NCBI GenBank assembly: GCA_039798785.1 | Contig: JBDKFG010000001.1 | Span: 1 to 64,000 of the forward strand | Direction: 5' to 3' | Source: Verrucomicrobiota bacterium | GTDB taxonomy: Bacteria > Verrucomicrobiota > Lentisphaeria > Lentisphaerales > Lentisphaeraceae | DNA length: 64,000 bases | Part shown: in pieces, positions 57,066 to 64,000 of the stretch | How the letters are laid out: each line of letters starts with the position of its first letter | Numbering within the stretch: the stretch's first letter is position 1 | Notes under the pieces: model-generated | What the model was told of the DNA's origin: nothing | What the model saw: the letters and a program-made list of their open reading frames with translations, nothing else | Databases searched by the model: none | Translations under genes and position numbers: made by a program

Positions 57066-57776
57066 ATGACCGAACCGATCGACCGCCGTCCCGTAGCTTC
57101 CCGCTCCTGGGGGCCGATCGCCGCGCTGGCGGCGCTTTGTGCCCGCCTCGGGATCTCGCCCAACGCCATCTCCGTCGGCAGCCTCGTCTTCGCCGTGCTC
57201 AGCGGCCTGTCCTTTGCCTGCACCTCGCAAGTCGAAGCGGGTTCCGTGCTCAGCCGCCTGCTCTGGATCGGTGGCGGCCTTGCCCTCGGGGGGCGGGCCT
57301 TGTGCAACGTCATTGACGGCCTGGTGGCGGGCTTGCGGCCGGATCTGAAGCGCCCGGATGGCGAGCTTTACAACGAGGTGCCGGACCGACTTTCCGACGC
57401 GGTCTTCCTGATCGGTCTCGGTCATGCCGCCGGCAGCTCGGTCGAGCTGGGTTGGGCCGCGGCACTCGCCGCAGTGCTCACCGCCTACTGCCGGGTGCAA
57501 GGGGGCCTGAGCCTGCTGAAGGCGCGGCCGGAGCTCCACGCCAGCTTCCGGCAGGATTTCTCCGGCGTCTTTTCCAAGCCCCGCCGGATGGGCTACACCT
57601 TCGCCTTCGCCGCGTTGATGAGCGCCTGGCCGCAGCTCGCCGCCACGGGCTTGCCTTCCGGCCTGGCTTTCTGCGGCGGCGTCACCGGCGTCTTCCTGCT
57701 CCTCATCGCCCTTGGCAGCGCCGCCACCTGTGCCGGACGCCTGATCCGTTGCCGCCGCGAGCTCTTCCGCTCATGA
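57066..57776 (+). CDS. CDP-alcohol phosphatidyltransferase (YnbA-like)
   Basis: GISPNAIS, CNVIDGLVA...GELYNEVPDRLSD. Confidence 0.88.
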   Translation: MTEPIDRRPVASRSWGPIAALAALCARLGISPNAISVGSLVFAVLSGLSFACTSQVEAGSVLSRLLWIGGGLALGGRALCNVIDGLVAGLRPDLKRPDGELYNEVPDRLSDAVFLIGLGHAAGSSVELGWAAALAAVLTAYCRVQGGLSLLKARPELHASFRQDFSGVFSKPRRMGYTFAFAALMSAWPQLAATGLPSGLAFCGGVTGVFLLLIALGSAATCAGRLIRCRRELFRS

Positions 57777-57816
57777 CAGATAGCCTGTTCCACATCCTTC
57801 AACTCCTGAAGGCCCC

Positions 57817-58791
57817 ATGACCTTTTTCGACTTTCAAAGCGCCTTCGATTTCCCCCTGGTGAAGCAGCTGCTGATCGCCGTGGGGGCCTTGATCCTCGCG
57901 GCGCCGCTGCTCACCGAAACGCTGTTCCGTATGGGCCGGGTCGGAGCGGATTTGCGCCGCGAGATCCAAGTCCGCATCGCCACCTGGGCAGTGCTGGCCT
58001 TGCTGATCTTCGGCGGCGTCCTGGGCGGCCGTCTGCCGATGGTGCTGCTCTGCCTGCTGCTGGCCTTGCTCTGCTGGCGCGAGTTCGCCCGGATCACCGG
58101 CGTCTTCCGCGAAGGCCTGCTGTCCGCCGCGGTGGTGCTGGGCATCGCCTGGATGCACTTCGCCGCCCTCGATCATTGGTACGCCTTGTTTCTAGCCTTG
58201 CCGCCCCTGTGCGTCGCGACGTTGTGCGTGCTGGCCTTGACCGCCGACCAGCCGAAGGGCTACATACAGCGCGTCGCTCTCAGCTGTTTCGGACTGCTCC
58301 TGATCGGCGGTTGTTTCGCTCATCTCGCCTATCTGGTCAACGACCCCCGAGGCCGTGCCTTGGCGCTGAGCTTCTTTGCGATCGCCGCGATCCAAGACGT
58401 CGGTGCCTTCTGCGTCGGCAAGGCTTGCGGACGGCGCAAACTGGCGCCGGTCACCAGCCCGGGCAAGACCCTCGAAGGGGCGCTCGGCGGCACCTTGCTC
58501 GCCGGGATCTTCGGGCTTTACGCCTTGCACCAGATCTTCCCCTCGGCTTCGCTGGCCGGACTCGCCTGGATCGCCGCCTCCCTGCCGATCCTCGCCCTCC
58601 TCGGCGATCTCGTCCTCGGCTCAATCAAGCGCGACGTCGGGGTCAAGGACGCCGGCACCCTTCTGCCTGGCCACGGCGGCGTCCTCGACCGCTTCAACTC
58701 GCTGCTGCTGATCAGTCCGGTCGCCTTCCACCTGCTGCGCTATCTCTACGAGCTGGCGGCGAGCCACGGCGGGCGACTGATCAGCGGCTGA
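57817..58791 (+). CDS. Phosphatidate cytidylyltransferase (YnbB/CdsA-like)
   Basis: SPGKTLEGALGG, SIKRDVGVKDAGTLLPGHGGVLDRFNS. Confidence 0.92.
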   Translation: MTFFDFQSAFDFPLVKQLLIAVGALILAAPLLTETLFRMGRVGADLRREIQVRIATWAVLALLIFGGVLGGRLPMVLLCLLLALLCWREFARITGVFREGLLSAAVVLGIAWMHFAALDHWYALFLALPPLCVATLCVLALTADQPKGYIQRVALSCFGLLLIGGCFAHLAYLVNDPRGRALALSFFAIAAIQDVGAFCVGKACGRRKLAPVTSPGKTLEGALGGTLLAGIFGLYALHQIFPSASLAGLAWIAASLPILALLGDLVLGSIKRDVGVKDAGTLLPGHGGVLDRFNSLLLISPVAFHLLRYLYELAASHGGRLISG

Positions 58792-58812
58792 GGAAGCGAT
58801 GGCGGAATCGGC

Positions 58813-59856
58813 TTAAGGCCGTCCCGAGCGGATCCAGGCGTCGAGCTGGGCGAAGCCGATGCCAGTCCCTTGGCGAACGCGATCTTCCGGTACTTGCGCG
58901 CTCCGCAACATTTCCGCCGAGCTTAGCGCGATTCGCAATTTGTCGGCCTCTGCTTTCTGCTTGTCGGCCTCTGCTTTCTGCTTGTCGGCCTCTGCTTTCT
59001 GCTTGTCGGCCTCTGCTTTCTGCTTGTCGGCCTCTGCTTTTTTGCGGGCTTTGACTTCCGATTTTTTCTCGGCTTGGGCTTTGTCCCGTTCTTCCTCGAG
59101 GCGCTGGTTGCGGCGCTCGCGGCGACGGAGGTCGTCCAGATATTCGTCCTCGATCGTCATCCTCTGGCGCATCTCCTCAGATTCTCCGGCGCGACCGAGG
59201 CGGCGTAGGACGGGACGGAATTCCTCCGGCAACTGGCTTTCGTCGACGATCAGAGTGTGCTGATCCTGGGGATCTCTGCGATGCTGGTCAAAGACTTTAA
59301 GCAGGCTTTCGAGGGAGTTGCGTGCGGCGTCGTGGAGATTGGGAATCTGGATGATGAAGCTGTCGTGAGTCAGGCATTCGATGAAGGGGCTGTGGCCAAC
59401 GAGTTTTTTGCCGGTGATGGCGTCGAGCTGCTGTCTTGACACCTTGATTGCCGGCACCTCGGGCATGCCGCTGAGCTTGTGGCCGAGGAGATAGATCGCC
59501 AGCACCGGCAAGGGCTGCGGCAGCTCATCCGGCGGCAGGCCGGGGACGACGTTGGCGGGATTGGCGTACTGCTGGCCGAGGTAGCGACGGAAACGCATGA
59601 TGTCTTCGGCTTCTTTGGCCTTCTGAATCTCAATCAGAACCAGTTGGAAGCCTCCCTTAGCAAGCTTGACATGGGCACAGAAATCAAGACGGTAGACGAG
59701 CAGGCCGCTGTTGACTTCAGCTTGGATCTCGGTCGGGCGGGGCTCGACCTTGTCGATGGCCAGCCCGGTGATCGTCGCGATCACCATCCGGGCGCAATCC
59801 GGATCTTCCATCAGGAATTTGAAGACGCTGTCGTAGAGGGGGTTGGCGATACGCAT
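58813..59856 (-). CDS. Rpn / PD-(D/E)XK nuclease-like protein with a C-terminal coiled-coil repeat
   Basis: IANPLYDSVFKFLMED, RLDF...LIEIQK, RFRRYLG; KAEADKQ repeats. Confidence 0.75.
   Translation of the reverse strand: MRIANPLYDSVFKFLMEDPDCARMVIATITGLAIDKVEPRPTEIQAEVNSGLLVYRLDFCAHVKLAKGGFQLVLIEIQKAKEAEDIMRFRRYLGQQYANPANVVPGLPPDELPQPLPVLAIYLLGHKLSGMPEVPAIKVSRQQLDAITGKKLVGHSPFIECLTHDSFIIQIPNLHDAARNSLESLLKVFDQHRRDPQDQHTLIVDESQLPEEFRPVLRRLGRAGESEEMRQRMTIEDEYLDDLRRRERRNQRLEEERDKAQAEKKSEVKARKKAEADKQKAEADKQKAEADKQKAEADKQKAEADKLRIALSSAEMLRSAQVPEDRVRQGTGIGFAQLDAWIRSGRP
58940..59040. repeat. In-frame 21-bp tandem repeat, about 5 copies (KAEADKQ)
   Basis: TTGTCGGCCTCTGCTTTCTGC units. Confidence 0.95.
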
Positions 59857-59968
59857 GAAGGGGTCTTGGGTTGCTGCGCAAGTCTAGCACCAAAAGAGCT
59901 GGCGCGCCAGTGGGGCTCAGGCGATCACCAGCACTTTCCCAAGGGTCGTCGGATGATGCGGCCCTGCG

Positions 59969-61276
59969 TCAATTGAGCTCCTGGCCTGGATTCCATTCCT
60001 CGACGCAGCGGCGGACTTCCGGACGCAGCACAACCTGGGGCCGTTGCTGGCGGATCAGGGCGAAGGCTTCTGCGGGGCTTCTTCCTTGCTCGACCAGGGC
60101 GCAGGCGGCGAGACAGGCGCTGCGGGAGAAGCCGGCTTTGCAGAGAATGAGCACGGGGCCGTTCTGGGCGCGGAGAAAGTCGAGGGCGGAGTGGATCTGA
60201 TCGGGACGGGGGGTGCTGAGATCCATCACCGGCAGCTCGAGGCGGGGCAGCGAGGCGAGGCGGCGAGGAAGCTGGAAATCGGGTGTGAGATCGATCAAGG
60301 CGGCCGGTTCAGCTTGCAACAAAACTTGGGCCTCTTCGTCATCCGGAATGCGGCCGATCCAGAGCTTGTCGGTGATCCGGCTGAAGGAGGGCGCACGGCG
60401 GGCGTAGTGGCGGCGGCTCAGCTCTTGGCCGAGGCCGAAAGGCGCCATCAGGAGGCGAGAGGGGAGGGACAGCCTGCCGCCGGACTTGATCGCGCTGACG
60501 AAGCCCGGCACGCCGGCTTGGGCCAGGGCGGCGGCGAGGAGGGCGATGGCCGGCCAGAGGAAGAGGACCGCGGCGCCGCCGAGGCCGACGAGGAGGAAGC
60601 CGGCGAGGCTGAGGCCGGCCCAGAGCGTCGCGGCGGTGAAATTCGGCCGGGCGGGGAGGGGAGGGCGCTCGGGCAGGATCAGCAGGATGGCCCAGCCGAA
60701 GAGGAGGCCGCCCGCGAGGTCGACGAGGTGGTGCTGGCGGGTGAGAATGGTCGAGGCCTGGATGGCGAGGAACCAGAGGGTCCAGAAGCAGCGCGCGAGG
60801 GGCGAGGGGAAGCGGCGCCAGTAGAAGCGGAGGAGGAGGATGCCGAGGATGACATGGAGCGACGGGAAGAGGTTGTGCGGCGCGTCGATCCGGGTGAAGC
60901 TCTGCCAGACTGCGCCGGGCCAGCCGGCGATTTCCGCGCTGCCCGGGCGTTGCCAGGCGAGTTGTTGCGGCAGCAAGAGGAAGCAGGTGCAGGCGAGGAG
61001 GACGGCGGTGACGAGGCGGCGGAAGAGAAGGTGGGTTTCGGCGCGGTCGCGGCAGAGGAGGAAGGCGAGGCAGAAGAGGAGGTCGATCGACAGGTAGGGG
61101 CCGATGAAGGCGCTGACAAAGGGGATCCGCTGTTCCCATTCCATCGCCCAGGAGCCGCAATCGCCGCGAAGGGCAGTGAGCTGGTTGAGGCCGCCGTAGC
61201 CGAGGAGGAAGCTGAGGCCGGCGAGGGCGCCCAGCTTGAGCTTGAGCGAGAGGGGAGCTGGCGCGGCGGGCTTCAT
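59969..61276 (-). CDS. PAP2 / dual-specificity phosphatase membrane protein (YnbD-like)
   Basis: WEQRIPFV, NLFPSLHV, QHHLVDL, CKAGFSRS; ATGA overlap with the upstream gene. Confidence 0.88.
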   Translation of the reverse strand: MKPAAPAPLSLKLKLGALAGLSFLLGYGGLNQLTALRGDCGSWAMEWEQRIPFVSAFIGPYLSIDLLFCLAFLLCRDRAETHLLFRRLVTAVLLACTCFLLLPQQLAWQRPGSAEIAGWPGAVWQSFTRIDAPHNLFPSLHVILGILLLRFYWRRFPSPLARCFWTLWFLAIQASTILTRQHHLVDLAGGLLFGWAILLILPERPPLPARPNFTAATLWAGLSLAGFLLVGLGGAAVLFLWPAIALLAAALAQAGVPGFVSAIKSGGRLSLPSRLLMAPFGLGQELSRRHYARRAPSFSRITDKLWIGRIPDDEEAQVLLQAEPAALIDLTPDFQLPRRLASLPRLELPVMDLSTPRPDQIHSALDFLRAQNGPVLILCKAGFSRSACLAACALVEQGRSPAEAFALIRQQRPQVVLRPEVRRCVEEWNPGQELN

Positions 61277-62988
61277 CGGCCGGCCTTGCGGCAATGGAGG
61301 ACGCTGAAGATGCCGAGCTTGTCGCAACGGATGGTGTCGATGACGAAGCCCTGCTCCTCCAGGAGGGCGCGGATCTCGGCTTGCGAGCGGCAGCGCATCT
61401 CCCAGGGCTGGCCGCGGTGGTTGCGCAGGGCGGCGATCAGTTCGAGCTGCGGGTGCCAGGGCTGGTTGGTGACCAGGAGGCGTCCGTTTTCCGGCAGGAA
61501 GGCGGCGCAAGAGGCGAGGCAGCGGCGGGCCAGCTCGTTCGAGGGAAAGAGTTCAAGCAGGCCGGAAACCACGATCACGCTCGGTTGAAGCTGGGGAGCA
61601 GCCGCGGCGAAGGCGTCACCCTGGGCGAGTTGGATCCGATTCAACAATCCCTTGGCTTCGGCATGTCGACGAGTCACGGCGAGGCTGTCGGGCATGAAAT
61701 CTCGCAACTCGGCGCTGAGCTCGGGGTGGCGTTCGAGCGCTTCCATGACGTAGCCGCCGCCGCAGGCGAGGTCGAGGAGCTGGCTGGGCAGTCCCGCGGC
61801 TCGGACTTCGGCGAGGGCTTCGTCGAGCGCCTGGTGGAGGTGGAGGCGGCGCTGGCGGATGCCGATCCAGCCGGGGCTGTTCAGGTAGACGCGGTCGATC
61901 AGGCGGCCGAGGGGAGTGACGCCCTGGGCTCGGTCGCGGTAGACGTGATCGAGACTGGCGCCGGAATCGAAGCCGTGTTTCCAGCCGATGGCGATCCCTT
62001 GCGACAGGCGACCGAGGGTGGCGAGGGCAAGTTTCTGCGATCCCCGCAAGAGGCGGGTCTTGAGGCAGGGACGGCGAGTCTGCTCGAGGGCGTCGAGACT
62101 CGGGCCGAAGGCGTCTTCGTGAGCCGGCGGCAAGGCGGGGGCGGTCGGCAAGGAGCGGACCTGGTCGAGGAAGCTGCGGATCTCACCGCAGAGCGCCGCG
62201 CGTCCGCTTTCGTGGAAAACCGCGTGGTGCATCTCGGGGCAGACGAGGTGGCGCTTGGCAGGATGGCCGAGGCGCTCGAAAAGGCGGCGGCTGACCCGGT
62301 TGTTGACGACGAAATCCTTGCCGGCGGTGATCAGCAGGGTGGGCGTGCGGATCTGTCCGGCGTCGGCGAGACAGCGTTCGGCGTTGGCATAGAGGTCGAT
62401 CAGGACATTGTCGGCGATGGGGCGGAAGATCAGCGGGTCGGCCGCGTAGCGCGCGGCCTCTTCGGGGTCGTGGGTGAGCATCGAGGGGCCGACGTAGCTG
62501 GTTACCTTGCCGCTGCCGAAGAGCTTGTGGCGCAGCTTGAGCAGGGGCAGGGCGAAGGGGAGGTAGAGGCGGATGTCGAGGGCCGGGGTGGCGAGGACCA
62601 GGCCTTGCAGGCGGGGGGCGGCGTTGAGGATCCAGTTGAGGACGGTGACGGCGCCGACGCTGTGGGCGATGAGGACGCAGCGCTCTTCGATCAGGCCGTG
62701 TTCGGACTTGAGGAAGCGGAAGAAATCCTGCAGGTCCTCGGCGTAGCTGAAGAAGGATTCGGCCTCGCCTCGGGCACCGTCGCTGCGGCCGTGACCGCGG
62801 GCGTCCCAGGCGAAGAAGGCGGTGCGGCCGTCGTCGAGACGCGCGACCGTCTCGGCCCAGCGTTCGCCGTGTTCATGGCCGCGATGCAGCAGGATCACCC
62901 ACTGCTCCGGCGGGGCCTCGGGCAGCCAGGAGAAAAAGTGGAGCTGGCTGCCGTCGCGGAGGGCGCAAATCTGGGTCTGAGTCTTCAT
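61273..62988 (-). CDS. Bifunctional alpha/beta hydrolase / SAM methyltransferase (YnbC-like)
   Basis: LLHRGHEH, WDARGHGRS, AHSVG, GFDSGASLDHVY, LDLACGGG, VSGLLELF, TNQPWHPQLELIA. Confidence 0.92.
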   Translation of the reverse strand: MKTQTQICALRDGSQLHFFSWLPEAPPEQWVILLHRGHEHGERWAETVARLDDGRTAFFAWDARGHGRSDGARGEAESFFSYAEDLQDFFRFLKSEHGLIEERCVLIAHSVGAVTVLNWILNAAPRLQGLVLATPALDIRLYLPFALPLLKLRHKLFGSGKVTSYVGPSMLTHDPEEAARYAADPLIFRPIADNVLIDLYANAERCLADAGQIRTPTLLITAGKDFVVNNRVSRRLFERLGHPAKRHLVCPEMHHAVFHESGRAALCGEIRSFLDQVRSLPTAPALPPAHEDAFGPSLDALEQTRRPCLKTRLLRGSQKLALATLGRLSQGIAIGWKHGFDSGASLDHVYRDRAQGVTPLGRLIDRVYLNSPGWIGIRQRRLHLHQALDEALAEVRAAGLPSQLLDLACGGGYVMEALERHPELSAELRDFMPDSLAVTRRHAEAKGLLNRIQLAQGDAFAAAAPQLQPSVIVVSGLLELFPSNELARRCLASCAAFLPENGRLLVTNQPWHPQLELIAALRNHRGQPWEMRCRSQAEIRALLEEQGFVIDTIRCDKLGIFSVLHCRKAGR

Positions 62989-63335
62989 GGTTGACCTTGG
63001 GGTTCGGGTTTGGCGGGAGGGACATTGCTGAGGAGATCATGCGGCAACATCAGGGTGTCGGAGATCAGCGAGAAGGGGAGATCCAGGCAGCCGAAAAGGA
63101 GCAGATATGGGCCGATTCCGAAGCAGTTGGAGGCCTCTGAACCCCTTACGTCTTGGATCAACGGCAAGAAGGGCGTAGAAATCAACAGGACGTCGAAGGT
63201 CGTAGCGGGGTAAATCTGTAAATAATCCCGGCGCATCTCGGCTTCAAATTGGGGGTTGCCACGAACAATCGTCGTGGCGCACGCCGGGGTGAGGGCTAGG
63301 AACAGACTGGCGAGGATCAGAGTTTGCAGTTTCAT
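62985..63335 (-). CDS. YceK/YidQ-like lipoprotein
   Basis: Lipobox-like TPACAT, IYPAT..D, LDLPFSLISDTLMLP.D. Confidence 0.75.
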   Translation of the reverse strand: MKLQTLILASLFLALTPACATTIVRGNPQFEAEMRRDYLQIYPATTFDVLLISTPFLPLIQDVRGSEASNCFGIGPYLLLFGCLDLPFSLISDTLMLPHDLLSNVPPAKPEPQGQP

Positions 63336-63467
63336 CGGGAGGCTCCGGGGTTTTTTCTCTAAGGCACGCTAGAGCCGGGAGGTACAATCATGAAACTCAT
63401 TAATATTTGGATGAGCATTGATAAAATCGATAAACGACAGGCCGGTTCAGCGGTGTAGCTTGGAAGT

Positions 63468-64000
63468 ATGGAGCCCTTCAAGTATCAACCCGCCCAGGAT
63501 CACGGCCTGGATTTGGCGCAAGCGGCGAGTAGTCCCTTGCGCGAGGCGGGTTTGGTGTCGCATCTGCTGGCGGCCATGACCGGGACGGCGCTCAAGCTCT
63601 ATCTGAAACTTTGGCATCGGCTGGAGCTGAGCGGCCTGGAGCATTTGCCGGAGGATCGGCCGCTGATCCTGATCGCCAATCACTGCAGCCATCTCGATGC
63701 GCTTTGCCTGCTCGCCGCCCTGCCGCCGCGCTGGCGCTGCCGAGCTTCGCCCTTGGCGGCCGGCGACGTCTTTTTCCCCCGTCCCTTGCGCGGCATCTTC
63801 TCCTCGCTCCTGCTCAACGCCTTTCCGGTCTGGCGCGGCCGCGCCTGCAACGAGCACTGGCAGATCCTGCGGCGGCGCTTGCACCAGGACCGGCGGATCT
63901 ACATCCTCTTTCCGGAGGGGACGCGCAGCCCCGACGGCACGCTGGGGGAATTCAAATCCGGCTGGGCCCGCCTGGTCTGCGGCGTCGAGGAGGGGCCGGC
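63468..64000 (+). CDS. Lysophospholipid acyltransferase (PlsC-like), runs off the window end
   Basis: Translated by hand from the ATG at 63468: LILIANHCSHLD and ILFPEGTRS motifs. Absent from the ORF track because there is no stop in the window. Confidence 0.88.
   Translation, partial: MEPFKYQPAQDHGLDLAQAASSPLREAGLVSHLLAAMTGTALKLYLKLWHRLELSGLEHLPEDRPLILIANHCSHLDALCLLAALPPRWRCRASPLAAGDVFFPRPLRGIFSSLLLNAFPVWRGRACNEHWQILRRRLHQDRRIYILFPEGTRSPDGTLGEFKSGWARLVCGVEEGP

Overview
GC-rich bacterial chromosome segment, probably from the PVC superphylum (Lentisphaerota/Verrucomicrobiota-like). This assignment is inferred from the sulfatase cluster, the ECF-sigma/Ser-Thr-kinase pair and an H-X9-DG-type pseudopilin. 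Left to right: a sulfatase/GH5 cluster with an ECF+kinase regulator; an rtcB...rtcA RNA-repair operon interrupted by accessory genes and a vapBC toxin-antitoxin pair; a DEAD-box helicase; a truncated globin plus reductase; tolQ/R/A-like genes; a xylose locus (frameshifted ThuA/dehydrogenase/cytochrome c gene, MFS, xylA, AraC); surA-rsmA-ykgJ; rtcR divergent from a TROVE/Ro60 (rsr) gene; a DUF3419/GNAT/diiron-oxidase cluster; hldE-like, tricorn, PDZ and ankyrin genes; and a rearranged ynbABCD-like lipid locus. The main finding is a non-coding region directly after rsr (38917-39832) holding seven tandem structured RNAs. All share one scaffold: a terminal stem with ATG(C/T)C opposite YCTCG, then an inner stem. 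Their apical modules differ, and four carry circularly permuted tRNA modules (T arm, loop-closed acceptor stem, and in three of them a D arm), i.e. a large Y RNA (YrlA-like) array. Unit 5 can be rebuilt into a complete cloverleaf with a CUA (amber) anticodon and the alanine identity set G3-U70/A73. The rtcB and rsr units are about 22 kb apart but have closely similar sigma-54-type promoters, which points to one split RtcR regulon. All calls are by eye; no database searches or folding programs were run.
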